A stretch of DNA of 63,910 nucleotides, counting the filler, from Folioceros fuciformis (taxonomy: Eukaryota), in assembly GCA_049999805.1 (NCBI GenBank). It is 5 parts of 5 records of this genome, joined end to end, with 100 filler letters (N's around TTAATTAATTAA, not from the genome) between each part and the next. Parts side by side here need not be neighbours in the genome. Positions count along the whole stretch, not along the records: positions 23,172 to 37,480 come from JBNGIO010004112.1; 4 more parts are not named here. One strand, 5' to 3'. Below the pieces are notes generated by a model. It was not told the DNA's origin. It made no database searches and worked only from the letters and a program-made list of their open reading frames with translations. Both the position numbers and the translations under genes were made by a program. This document shows positions 24,091 through 37,050 of the stretch, one piece after another (positions within the stretch are counted from its first letter, which is position 1; every line of letters starts with the position of its first letter).

Positions 24091-26007
24091 CATTCTTTGA
24101 CTCAGGTGACTCCCAATAAGCAACTTGCAGAGTCCCGTGATTCACACCAGCTGGTAGTAGGTCAGTACGAGTATTATAGCCAGGAAGGAGCGTCGACGGC
24201 ACTGCATTGCACTGAAAGAGGACACGGTTTAGGGCACTGAAAATTTGAGGGTTAAGGGATTCTGAATATAGGGGTGTGTGTCGGTCGGGTCTCAGATGGG
24301 AAGTGCTGAGAGGGAGAGGGGGGAAGGTGTAGCAGGTGGAGCAGGGGCGTGTGCAAGGGGGTTGGTGGAGAGACTGATACGTCTCCACATCGCACTGAGC
24401 ACATGCAGCAAAGATGTTGATTTCTCGGACCTGGTCTGTGTCACCATCCATTATCGCCACCATCGTGCTGAGGCCAGTGGCCATGTCGCACCCTTACGGG
24501 TTGCAGCCCTGTTTCTTGTAGCGAGACCAGATTTGTCCTAATTAAAATCGCTCCTAAACTGCTTGGGAGCTATCAGTGCAGCGCAGCAGCTGCCATCTGA
24601 TGGTTAGAATCTCCGTTTTCTTTAAGGCCTTCCAGCTCCTACACTTGAATCTGTGTGTCGGTGCAGGTATCCCCATTTGTATGCCTTTGCCGGACACAGT
24701 GCACCCTGAGCTGGAACGCATCCTTGTCGAGCCATAACATGACAAGTGCCATGACGGTGACTCAAATCCATGTCTGGAGCACCCTTCTCTTGGCCTTGTT
24801 TGTACAGTCTCACACACCATAATTCATCTCTGTTTCGCACGAGAAGTCCATGGCTCTTATTTCAGTGGCTTGGAATAGCATCTGGCCGCTACACATCTCG
24901 CACTGGTGCGGCCCTCCGTCTGTCCACACCCTCTCTTGGCGCTTCCTGAAACTTAGCAGGGGCCCCCGATCTTGTTGGGCTTGGAGGAATCCCACCTGAT
25001 CTTGCTGAACCTTTGCAGGAATCCTGCCTGGCACCAGCGTTTTTCGCTCATGGCAGGCAACCGGGGACCTGGCTGTGTACGTGGGTATCTTCAGTTACCC
25101 AATGGCGGGGCTTAGGTACCGTTGGTCCCTTTCCAGTGGCTTGTTCCGCACCACAAACCATCGGGGTGTAGATGGGACTTTCCGTCCAATCTCTTCATCT
25201 CGTGTGTCGTCTCCATGTTGGGGGACCCCGATAGGTCGGTCTCCAAACCCTTTGGTTTCATCGCCCACAAGCCTATCAACGCACGGATGATACACATTAG
25301 CGAATTAGTCGAACGGAATACCACTAATTTCCTTGCTTAGGTGTTGGGATCAATTAAGGTGGTTGAACAACTCCGTTGGAAGCATCCCCCTATGTGCTTG
25401 CACTGCCAAATGCATGATATCAACATTCAGAGCTGCCCTTTACTCCATTTACAGCGTAGGGTGTTGTTAAAGGATGTTTGTTACATGTTTATGAGATATT
25501 AGGGTATATCGAAGATGCTTAGTAATACTATGGCAGATCAAAGACTCATGGTTGTAGTAGAGTATAAAAGAAATGAAAAAAGGAAGAAGAAACAAACAAG
25601 CACATCCACCTGACCAGATTTGGATTTCTACTTTGATACAAGAATCCAAAAGTATCCTGATGAGAAAACACTTTGAATGTTCGAGTATATCTGATTATCG
25701 AAGGAGATCCGATCCCTTCAGGCTCCAAGAGTTGGCAACAAAGTGCACCTTCGCTGAGCCTGTTTAGAAGTGAAGTTTTAAGGGGCGACGTTGGGTGAAA
25801 GGCGTGTGAATCTCATAGACGCAATATGGGTTATGTCAAATCTTCCCAACCAACTTGGAGAGTGGATCTGCTTGTGACTGAAGTCTGAAGGGTGTATCAT
25901 GGTGTACCGTCAGTGATTGATGACCATTTCCTAATCCCCCGATGGCCGAGAGCTTGTGGAGCCTCCACAGGACTCCACACCCAGAGACGAAGTTGAGTGC
26001 AAGTGTC

Positions 26008-27564
26008 CTACAACAGGTTCAACGACCTCAGCCGTTCTTCGTGCTCCGGATCCAGATGTGGTGGCACATAATTGCCGTGCATATCTACCACAATGTACTC
26101 CTGCTTGAGGACAGAGTTGTCCAGTGTCAGCATGCACTGGAGCAACCTACTGAAGAGTTTGAAAGATGGTGAAGGAAGTTCAAACCGACCTTTGTCAGAA
26201 CCCTCTTTGTCAGAATATGGTAGTGCCGTTGCCAGATCCTCTGCACGGCCATGGTTGCTGCAAGAAGGCCATAAGCAACGCCCAAGACGGCGAAAATGAC
26301 AACGAAAAACACCAAGAGAGCCCCACACGCTTCCACTGAGGCAGGGAAGCAGTCCAGTACGCCCCAGCCGTAGCAGCAGTGCCGGCAGCTTGCCATACAG
26401 GGGTCATCGTTGTTCGCTACTGATGAGCAGTGTACCACCAGCCCTCCGACGCCTAGGATGACGAAGAAAATGAAGACACCTGCGGCACCAGGGGATGGAG
26501 TAGGTGGCGGATGAGCACGAATCTTATAGTCCAACCATACAAACACCTTGCAGGCCGGAGAACGTCAGGATACGACTGTGTTGATGCACTTCACAAGGTA
26601 TCTGCAGTGATGTGGCGGAGCTGTGCAGGTTACCATAACGACAAGCAAACGGCAGAGGACGTGCGTACCAATGCAGTAGTAGAAGGGCACAGGGTGCTTA
26701 TGAAGCACCCCCTCAGAGAAGGAATCTCTGAATTCCCCATTGTAGTCCATCAAGTAAGCTGCTCCACCTAAGGCGAAAACAGTCTGGCCAACATTCGTGA
26801 CCGTCAGGTAAATACTACCTCACCATGCTACACCCTCGCAACGACTGGGAGAAAGGTGCGAGCACTCACTGTTTGCACAGCCAGGAAGACAAGTAACACA
26901 TCTCGAGCTACAAACAGCTTGAACTTAAGTTTCCGCCAGGAGTAGTCGTCAGGAATCTCAGGCCGCAAGTGGAATTGCGCCTTGCAGGTTGTGCAGTGAG
27001 AGAACGCAAAACCCTCCTACAAGTGAACCATGATATCAAAGCGGGTCCACTGCTACACCTCACCTTCCACTAATGCTAATCCTGTCCTCCCAGCATTCGC
27101 AACCACATCCACCATTTCCAGCCCCGCCCAGCAGGTCATTACACAGCATGAAAGCCCGAAATCTTCTTGAATTCACACCGCTCGAAAGTGGCAAAGACAA
27201 AAACTGACCTTCACAGACCGCCAGTGATCAAGACACGATCGATGCACCAATTGCTGGGTACCCTTGCACATACAGGGAGCTATCAACTCGTCCCCTGCGC
27301 AAGCATTTCTTCTGAATTCAGTCTCATCTGACCCCACCAATCCTCTGCTCCCAAGCCTTCCCCACCCCATGACGGAAACCTACCACACGTCGGTGGCTCT
27401 GCCTCAAGGCAAATCCGGCAGCACGCGCTACTTCCTTTCTCCTCCCCATCGCACTCATCGACCGCAACCGTGGCCGGCGGCTGCAGCAGAGGCAAGGTGT
27501 CGGGGTCTGCAGACCCGTCTTCCCTCGAAGATTGAATCTCAATGTCTCCCACCTTCTCCTTCAT
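26008..27564 (-). CDS. RING-variant (RING-CH/MARCH-type) E3 ubiquitin ligase with TM helices; exons 27564-27384, 27294-27209, 27016-26870, 26783-26669, 26479-26190, 26100-26008
   Basis: CRICLE..LIAPCMCKGTQQLVHRSCLDHWRSVKEGFAFSHCTTCK (C4HC3), TM helices, QRIWQRHYHILTKR..TKEYIV.D, LDPEHEERL. Confidence 0.92.
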
Positions 27565-28245
27565 CTTCCCTGGGCAAGCCCTCCAAGAGACCGTACCAAA
27601 TTCGCAGGAAACACGAGTACCAGAATTTCGCACAACAGCACTGCGGGCAACCCAAAACCCACTCGCTCAGCGTATCTCGTCTATCACGAAATTCCCAGTG
27701 CACAGTCCTAGTCCATCCAAAATTGCACCCTTGTGGTGTCGGCAGGTTGGCACCGCAGCGAGGATCGCCTTCCTATTAGACGATGCACCCTACTTTCCTG
27801 GAAGCCAGAAGCAGCTCCCTGGCCGGTTACGGCCTCGAGATCCGTCTGGCCTGGTGGTCCAGAAATTAGTGACGCTATGGCTTGCTCCGGTCAGGAGTCA
27901 GGGGAGAGAGACCGTGCAGTGAGATGGGATGGAATCAGTCGTGCACGACGATGTGGGACGACGACTGACGCATCTGCCGTTCTCCCATCTTTCGATGTTA
28001 TCGGTGTCCCCCTACATCTTCGCCTCTTGCTGATGTGCCTTCTTGGATCACCCCACCCAGCTCGTTCTTCACCACCCAAGTCATGTGTGCAGTTGAGCAG
28101 GAGTATTGTACTGTCTTTATAATGGACGCGTGCCTTTGTTGTCGGCAGCAATCTTGACTCTCTGGTGGTCAGGAGTGGGTCCACACGCCTCATCTCGGAA
28201 TGATGAGCGTGAAACTGGGGTTTGGATATGGTGGGAGCGGGGGTT

Positions 28246-31200
28246 TCAAGGAGATTTTGTCATCTCTTGAGCTACTTTCCAGTGGTAGACCTGCACAGAG
28301 TGAGATTGGAGCTTGGCCTTAATGGCGTCGGCAGCATCCTGGTCTTTGGCCATGAGAAAGCCAAATCCTCCTCCACCTGCTCCAGCCAGCTTGTAGCCGC
28401 AGGTCAGATGCTCGATGTCTCGGAAAAGCTTGTCGACTCCAGGGTTGCTGCAAGAGGGGTCTAGCTCCTGGTTTAGATTCCAGGTGTGTGACATGACCTC
28501 GCCGAGCTTGTCAAGGTTACCTTGATGGAGATATGCTTGGCCTTGCTGGGCAAGGTCTGTTAGCCTTTCGATGGACCTTATCAGGACTGCATCTCGCTGC
28601 AGGTAGCGGCGAACAACTTTCTCCAACACAGTTACTGCTTGCCTCACCTGCGAGAGCTTCAGGATGTTGGCAACCTGCTTGTACGAAATTCTTATCTGAG
28701 TAGGAGGGAATTAGGGAAGCCTCACCTGACCAGTGAAGACTACAACCATCCGTTGTTCCAGTTCTGCAAGCACATTGCAGGGCAAAGAGATTTCTTCAAC
28801 GTTGAGCTGGAGTTGTGTTTGGCCTGGGATCCCAGTGGTACACTTGATGCCAGGGTACAGTCCTCCGACTTGATCTTGCCAGCCACCGCCTGAGCCCATT
28901 ACCTGCTCCAAAATCAGTACAAGGCGTGCTATCTGGGCTTTGCTCTGCCAGTCATCTCCACCCCTTAGCCTAAGAAGACTTTTCACCACTGCAGCAGCCA
29001 GAATGCTTGATGTGCCCAAGCCACTGCCTCTCGGAACATTTGACCAGGTCTGGATTTCGAGTCCAACCCCGTCAGGCAATAGTACCTTGCACCTTCCACC
29101 TGCACCTCTCAGAACAACAGACGAGAGTCAGGTACAGACAGTCACGTGTCTTTGATACAAGTGCAAAAGAAAGGCTGCACATGAGACCTGCGAATCCAGT
29201 CACCATAATGGCAGCCTTAACCAGTCGAAAGGGGTCGTCCGGCTGCATTGGCAGTATGATGTCGTGAAACTCCTTGATAACTGCCTTGTTGCCTGCATCA
29301 TCAGACAGCCAGATTCCTGGCTCCAGGGTTGCACACACTTTTGCCCCAACGGGAGCAGCTCCTTCTAACAGCACTGCCATATTCAAGACTCTGCCCTTTC
29401 TTTCCAGACTCCAAGGTGGAGTGTCACTCCACCCGCCAGAGATATCCAACCGCACAGGGAGAACCGTGGTGATAGGGGCACCGAAAGCCAAGTGATTCAA
29501 ATTGTACATGGAATCTGGCTCGTCTGCTATCTCAAAGAAACTTGCTCAGAAGTCGGATCCTGTAATGCAAAAGGAAATCATAACAGAAGGCCAGACTGAC
29601 CTGTTCGATTCATCCGTGCAACAGCTTCTGTTTCTGCTCTGATTGCCCTCAGACCTTGTGCTTCAAGTATCACAGCACGGTCTTCCTCACCAGATGCCCT
29701 TGCAAGGTCTGTTCCTTGTCCCTTACGTTCACTGAGGAGCAGGCATTTAACAACTCTTTGCAAATGTCAATTCCAGACTCTCCTTCGAGGATCCGCCGAG
29801 AGAGTTTGGAGAAATCTCGTGTCATTCCCTCAGTGATGTTTGCCCTAGCAAGACTTGCTGCAAGTTTGGCATGAACTATTACCGTCTCTGTGTGGAGTCT
29901 GACAAAGTCAGTTTCACCATGGAGGTCTGCCAGGCTCAGGCGGATACATTTCCGCCAATCGTGAGCTATTTTGGACGATGGTTCAATGGCACCGAACAGC
30001 CACAAGGAGAAACACAGTCTGTCATTTGGGGGCCCGAGGGGGAAAAGGTGTGCATTCCATAGATTCTTGCAGTTACTGTTGGACTCTCGGCCCCACAAGT
30101 CCTCCTCCTTAATACCCATGTTGGGCAGAAAAGTATCCCATGCTTCACCCAGAAACGTACTTCCAGGGCCACCATACGGAGCTTTGGGGTTATCTCGAGT
30201 ACCACAACAGAGAGTGATCCTGTTGTGCGAAGCATTCCTTAGTGGCACTTCCCACAGGCAAGAGTCATCAGGAACAGCAACCATTCCAGACTTCTGGCTC
30301 GAGGTTTGACATTGGGTGATGTGCATTCCCATGACAAAACAGCGACTCCCAATATGCACGCCCTTTGCCAATGAACAGTAGTAGATCAGGCTTTGTTTAC
30401 CCACAGAAGTACCTTCTGAAATTTCAGAAGCTATGATGACTGCTGATGCAGCCACCTCACAGGATGAACGCGGATATGGCATTACGCTGAAGTGCTGATG
30501 CAGACCTCGCCAGGACTGGTCCTGACTTAGGTGATCCAGAACTTCAGTTGAGGTCCCGAAATGAAGAAAGGTCAAGTCACCTGAATTGAACATCCAACTG
30601 GAGAAAATCACCTCATTCGCCGGAAATGCGATAACACCGGAAAGGAGAGCAGAGGCGATGAGTTGTGTCTAATCGCAAAATAGGAAAGCCCGACACTTAC
30701 GAGCGCAGTAATGGTATAATTGGCTTGATCCAAGGGCCTCAATCAGCTGCTTGCCCAGAGGTCGAGATAACAGCCACTGATGCCGAGCAAGCACCCATGC
30801 TCCAGCCATTTCCTCATACAAGCTCAGCTATGACCAAAAGGGAGGACGAGGACACGACATCAGCATGGGTATATGAAGGAAAACACTGGACCAAAGAGGT
30901 GAGAAGGAACACACTTGCTGCCCACTGTCCACAAGGCTGGAAACAGGATCCGGCTCCTGAAGGGCAAGGCCGATCAATGCAGTGCATACTTCTCCACGCA
31001 GAGCAAACATGCCCGTATCAAGCAAAACTTCCCCAGAAGGCCCAATAGCTCCTTTCCTTGCCATCTCCTCCAGAGTTGGCTTCTGCAAAAGATCCTCTAC
31101 CAGAACAGGGTCCTGGCTGGAGAAAACCTTTGATAAAATGACTCCATGGTGTGAAGCCAAATCAGGAGTGGCAGGAACTGTGACAACGCACACTCCATTC

Positions 31201-31919
31201 TCAGGTAGGGTCATAGCTTTGGCTCTAAAGCAGGGCAGGACATCGCCAGTCATAATGAAAACGCCGCCTGCCAGGACAATTCCCAGCATGCATGTCACAA
31301 AATTGAACTGGAAGCAAGATCAGCCCACCAAGGAAGCATTCACTAATTCACTCACCTGCATCTCCAAATGCAGGGACTACATGAAGAGAAATTGCAAAAA
31401 TGTGGTCAAAGAGAGTTGGAGTTGGGACATCCGGATCTGCCTGAGCCGGGAAAGGAAGGAATGCTTTTCCTATAGCATTTGCCCAGGGGACTCTCTGAGA
31501 ATCCCCACCAGTGTGCAGCAGCAACACTCGCAATTCAGAAATTGGTCTACCCTTCCAAGTTCCTCCCTACATGGCACAGAGGTGAGGGTCAGAAAACTTG
31601 TTCGTAAAGCCTGTGCAGGGACGTGCACATTTTGTGAGATCACCACAACCATGGAGTCAAGCTTGTTGGAGAGGGCACGAAGAGCACAAAGAGTGGCGGC
31701 CCCGGACCCCACACGTTGGCCTTGGGGATCGGACACCGCCATAGTTAGCGTAGTGGCAGGTAGGGTGCCCTGGGACTTGGCTCGCTCCAGATGTAGCTGG
31801 AAGAGCTCCTCCTGTCGAGGGCTGGCTGCAGTGAGCAAGATGGCATCCCATGTGGGCACTCTCTCGGGGCAGCGCAGGGACAGGCGCAGTGTGAACCAGG
31901 CGTCGTCCAAAATCTCCAT
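28246..31919 (-). CDS. FKGP: Bifunctional L-fucokinase / GDP-L-fucose pyrophosphorylase with an apparent frameshift at about 29713; start may extend upstream
   Basis: VPTWDAILLTAASP, RVGSGAATL, LLHTGGDSQRVPWAN..GK, FLHFGTS.EVLDH, PVRLDISGGWSDTPPWSLER, VPRGSGLGTSSILAA, GGGWQDQVGG, GAGGGGF. Eight exons reconstructed with GT-AG sites. Confidence 0.9.
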
Positions 31920-33922
31920 GGCGGCAGCTCCGCCAAAGAGTCAAGAATGTACCTGCCCCATGAAGAGAACACTAAGCGAGGAGAACAGGTACTAAGCCAG
32001 ATCAGGAGGAGTACGACATGAAGAATGAGCATCTCAAGATTCTAGAGGTCACAATCCTGTCCTTCCAGATTTGAAGTACAACTACAGTTCCTTGGCGAGA
32101 CTGCCTCGGTACGGCTGTCATCACCTGCTGGAAGTCCCTGTAGCACGGAGTTCTGATCTAGACAGGAAGGCCCCATACAACAAAGAGAAGGACCACAGTC
32201 AAGTGCCTATCAAGGTTAATCAAGTCTGTATCGTAGAAAGTCTCGCGACGCCTTGTCCTGAAACTGGAAGGCAGACTCCAGTGTATGAATCAGACAGCTT
32301 AATTACTTCTTCAGAACCACAGGATCAACGTCCCCGATGAGTTCTTCATCAGATCCCATGAACCAATAGCAGTCGCACCAGTCATTCAGTCTGACAATAT
32401 GCATCGGATTGCACCAGAAGACCAAGAACTGCCCGGGAGAAGCAACCAGCGCCCTCCCTAGCTTTCAATCTCATCCACCTCCAGAGCACAAAACATTGGC
32501 CAGTAAGAAAACCCAGTAGCTAAGCTAAAACCACTTCCACGCACACCCCAAAAAAGGCCTACCGCATACCCCGTTTGAACACTAGAAGATGCAACTATGC
32601 TGAATGCAAACCCCATTTGAACACCCAGAAGATGCACCTATGCTAAACAATGGCCCCATCGGATGAGGAGGCTGAGGCTTTACAAGCGTTGTCTTCTCGC
32701 TTCCAGGTGGTCCAAACAGTAGAAGTCTCAACTTCTTCCACTGTAGCATATGATGCAACCTTCCGCATTTTGCAGTTCTATGAAGGCCTGGGTATAGTCC
32801 ATACGGATAAAGCACAAGATTACCATATCCTGGACTGCCCACTTTGCTTTCGTTCAACCCACTGCCAGTTATTATAAAACCAGCACCAGCATCACGGGGG
32901 CACCTCTTCTACAATTCAACACTTGAAACCTCCATTCGCCATCAGAAAACCGCTTCAACTGAGGTCTGTCACAAAGCTTGGAAACAAAGTGAATAGCATC
33001 GGGTGAGGTACCCTTTGTCATGTCTGTTTGCCTAGGCTAGGCACCTTCCGACCCGCTGAATATCGTAGGTGCTCTGCTTCCATGACCAGAGTATGGAATG
33101 CTCCGGTTTGGACTAGACTGAATAAATTCGAAAGGGCAAGAATCAGAGAGGATATCCACAGCTCTGTTCACGAGTTCTAACACCCGATAGCAAGATACAG
33201 TTGGTTTGACCTTGATCCTTTCCCTTCCTTCGTTCCGCCCCACACAGGGTACACATGCACTGCAACGCGTGAGGAATGACGAGAGGCTTCGTAGACGGCG
33301 AATCCACGGCAAAAAGGGTGGCGAAAATCTTCTCCGTGTTCCACGCAATTCCTAGTCTTCCCTGGAGCACTTCACGACGATTTGCTTTTTATAGCAATGT
33401 CAGCATCAGGGCCGGTGAATGGTGGACATCCTGTTCCCAACGCTCGCTCGAGATCGCGAGGCTTGCGCGCCATCGTGTTGCATGGCTGCGGAAGACGAGA
33501 TAGTGTTTTCACGACAGGATCCGGGCCAGCACGATTGGCACAGTACTGTGACGGTGCTGGTTGAACTATCATCACTCTGCTCTGCTCTGTGGGAGAGACA
33601 TTCTGATTTGTTAGCTGCCCTGTGACAGAGATCTCATTCAGATGTGAGATAGGTTTGTGGTTGGGATTGGACCTGGATTTGGGCAGTCACGAGTCATTCC
33701 TGCTCTGACCTAGAGGCCCCTCCATCCTAACAGAGGCATCAACCTTCGGATTTGTTGAAGGAGTTTGTGAAGAACAGTGACACAGGAAGGAAGGAGGGCA
33801 GGGAAGTTGACAGGGAAAAGGATAAGGCGAAGGGAAAGGAGAAGGAAAATGGCCGCGTTGTAGATCCTCATGGCGCTGGGATGACAAGCAGCATAGTTTG
33901 AATAATTATGAGGGAAGAAGGT

Positions 33923-35113
33923 ATGGGGGAGCCGCAGCATAGCAGGCATCGGCCGAGTAAGCAGCTGAAGACTCTTGTCCATGTTATGCATCTACATCCG
34001 AGCTCGTGGAGCCAGCCCTCGGTTGCCGCCATACTTGAGGTACAAAATCTGCTCTGCTTATACACGATGAGGACAATGTTTTGGCCTGCAAGTGTAATGA
34101 TGTCTGGAAAATGTGTGAATTCTTGCGTGAGCAGGACTTGGAGGTGTTGGATGCGGCAGTCACCGCGGAGGACGTGCAGGACAGGGCGAAACGGATACGA
34201 CAGCAGCTCATCCTGCCCCTCGCGGACATTGTGACTGCGCAATCCAAAGTTATCGCTGTGGAACGCCGCAGGCTGGTTGAGAAGGAACAGAATTTCAAGG
34301 CAGTTCTGTCGTCGCTGGAAGCGGAGAAGAACCAGGCAGTCCAGCTCTACCAAGAAGAAGCTGCCCGGCTGGCCACGCATAGCCATTTCTGCGACATGCT
34401 ATTAGGGTAACTGGATTTTGTCGATGACCTCTCCGTCATGACTTCCGTGCCTAACGTTCGGTATCATTCTATTCCTTACATTTTGCCGTCCGGTCCTCGA
34501 GAGCTGATGTCTGGGGCTTTTCAGGGACCTGGATGAGATGGCCAAAACCCTAGACCGCACCAGGATGGAAAAGAAGCAATCGGAGGACAGAGCTGCAGAG
34601 CTCGAGGTGGAATTACAACGCCTCGTTTTGGAGAATGAGGATCTCATGAGGACCGCTCTGGCTGGAGGTCAGGGGGAGATGGAGTGTTCGGAGTCCGTGA
34701 ACCAGCCGCTGTCTGAGTGCGATGAAACAGAGCACTCCGACGACAACCGAGCCGACGAAGCCGCGGGAAGGGGTATGCACGCTGATGATGCATTGTCGAG
34801 GCACGAGGACGTTGAACGCAGGGATGAGAGGGGGCGGCGGGAGTTGCAGGAGCAGGTCTATGGGGAGGATTACAGCGCTCTCCAATGCAGGCCGCCGGAC
34901 AAGGCAAGCCTTCTGGAAAGCGTGGCCATCGTTTTGATCCAAGAAGGGTCTACCAGCATCCAAATGATCCTGGAGTCCGGGCTGTCCTTAGCGCCGCACG
35001 CCCTGCTCCATTTTTGCAAGAGTGTGTGCGACAGGGCTGTGCTCGGCGTATCGTCCGCCATCCTCAGCACCGTTAAGCATTCACCTATCGGATTTGTGTA
35101 TCAGATGTATTGA
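33923..35113 (+). CDS. Unassigned coiled-coil protein; exons 33923-34039, 34135-34406, 34525-35113
   Basis: Three GC-rich ORF segments joined in phase by GT-AG introns; E/K/R/L heptad-rich centre. No family recognised. Confidence 0.6.
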
Positions 35114-35655
35114 TCCTGCCCACTATAGAGGTCGCAGTCACAACCATGTTTGGCCGATGCGCACTCTGTCCATTGTGTGCTTGGATTTGCCATGCGGAAA
35201 CCCATTCTGCAGTACCCTTTCATATGTTTGTAGGTACAGCGAGCATATGGGTTAAGTTCAAACCCTCTGGAGGACTTTCGGGGTATCCACGAAACACTGC
35301 GTCGAACCGACCCCGAAGCCTCAAAGAAACTAACGATAGCGTGGGCGACTGCGAGGGTAGGCGTGTAAGCGAAGAAGCTAACGACACCAGAGGCACCACA
35401 GAAATTTATGTAGCCACATAGGTCCCCAAAAACCGTTACAACATCCTAATTATAAAAGCAATCATGCATATGGCCCCAAGAACCAACAAATATGCAATAT
35501 CGATACGGTCACGCGTTCTTTCGTACAAAGTTTTGCCCGGCCATATAAGGTCCCATTGGTAGTAGGGCGCCATACAGGCGCCATAATAGGAACAAATTTG
35601 AAGTTTTCATAAGATTTTGTTTCTAACACGTTCAGGTTTGTCAGTCTTGTCACTC

Positions 35656-35804
35656 TCTCTTTTGGTAGGGATTAGGGTTGATCATCCATCTTGGATATCA
35701 CTTTATCTTTTGGTAGGGATTAGGGTTGAACATCCATCTTGGATATCNNNNNNNNNNCTTTATCTTTTGGTAGGGATTAGGGTTGAACATCCATCTTGGA
35801 TATC
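35656..35804. repeat. Tandem repeat of about 45 bp (third copy may be a gap artefact)
   Basis: tcttttggtagggattagggttga(t/a)catccatcttggatatc three times; a 10-N gap lies between the two identical copies. Confidence 0.75.
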
Positions 35805-35828
35805 CCAGGGTCCCAGCGAACCTTGTAA

Positions 35829-36003
35829 CGTTCAGCCTTGTAATGTTCCCTCCGCACTCTCTCTCGCCTATATGCACACCTTCGACCGTTCAGCCTTGTA
35901 ATGTTCCCTCAGCGCTCTCTCTCACCTATATGCACACCTTCGACCATTCAGCCTTGTAATGTTCCCTCAGCGCTCTCTCTCGCCTATATGCACACCTTCG
36001 ACC
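35829..36003. repeat. 58-bp tandem repeat, three copies
   Basis: cgttcagccttgtaatgttccctcagcgctctctctcgcctatatgcacaccttcgac starting at 35829, 35887 and 35945. Confidence 0.92.
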
Positions 36004-36379
36004 GTCTCTTAGGTGCTACTTCATTCAGTTGCCATGCCACAAGCCACTGAAGGGGACATCCCTTTTGCGCATTCTTATCTATCGCCACACCCCTGCTTGC
36101 ATTTGGTATGAGGTGAAGAGTGGGGATGTGAGGAGAGGGGAACATCCCCATCCGCTAGTTTCTTCTCTATCTCCGCACCTCAAGGGTTCCCTCCATACAA
36201 GTAGCAGCATTCACACCAAACAAGGATTGCACACACCAAACAAGGATTGCACTAGCTGAGGGAGGAACGAAATTCACATCTTTATTTCACAGCCCATGAG
36301 GGCAAGCCAAATCGACAAAGGGTTTCACCCCAAACCACACATGCCCCTAAGCCAATGGAAAGATGTCCCCTGTGTATTC

Positions 36380-37050
36380 AAGATAGTGAATGTGAGCCAT
36401 CATTTCCTTCTATTCTAAGAGTCACTCCTAGAATGTCATAATCAAGAGTATGGGTGTAAAGTAGAATTGCAAGAAGACTTGTGGAAATGAACCTAAACCA
36501 GCTATCTTTGTTTAACACTCTAAAGCAAGTGATAGCCATTGTTAGAAATCCATGAGCTGTGAGCAATAACATGTGTGCCTATGAGTGTCTTGTGTTAGTT
36601 ACCACTTGCTCCTACAAGTGTGGCAAAGCACGATACCCTTAGAAGTAATTGTCTTCCTTTGCAAACCATTCGTGTTATAAGGACTGTTTAGAGGTTGAAG
36701 CTGCCTTCAAAAGTGTGTTTAGTAGAAGCCAAGTGTTTGGCCACATGTTGAGACTAATGCTTACCATCCTTTGCAAAGCTTGTACTTAATAGGCCCAAAG
36801 TTGTTGTACAATCCTAGCAAACATCATTTCCGAAGTTGTGAGGAGCACTCACCTCTATACATTTTGATCCAGCCTGAATTGCTAGAAAGATGCTGAAAAA
36901 CAAGTGCCTCAAGTGCCCAGTCATGATCACCAAAGCTGTAGCCCATTGTCTAGAAGGCATGAACACTATATGAGCTCCTCAAGTTCCAAAACTTCATTGG
37001 CCACAAGCTGGAGGGAAGGAGGAGGAGGCTACTAGACAGAAACTACTCCA
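36380..37050 (-). mobile_element. Possible hAT-type transposase relic
   Basis: Minus strand reads TLIGTHVIAHS, resembling the hAT 'IG.HC.AH' motif; otherwise heavily degraded. Confidence 0.3.

Noticed and set aside
29546-29548. Apparent in-frame TGA in FKGP
   Set aside because: It requires a 41-nt intron; the downstream TAG/CAG acceptor (29527/29524) gives a 74-77-nt intron that removes it.
32582-32877. 75-aa ORF ending in CPLC..HC upstream of FKGP
   Set aside because: Too short and unsupported; could be a TE scrap or UTR sequence.
1-35113. Functional gene cluster among the host genes
   Set aside because: The genes have unrelated functions and are split by scaffold gaps; nothing supports a pathway cluster.
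35656-36003. Repeat clusters as CRISPR or telomere
   Set aside because: Head-to-tail units without spacers, and only one TTAGGG-like word per unit.
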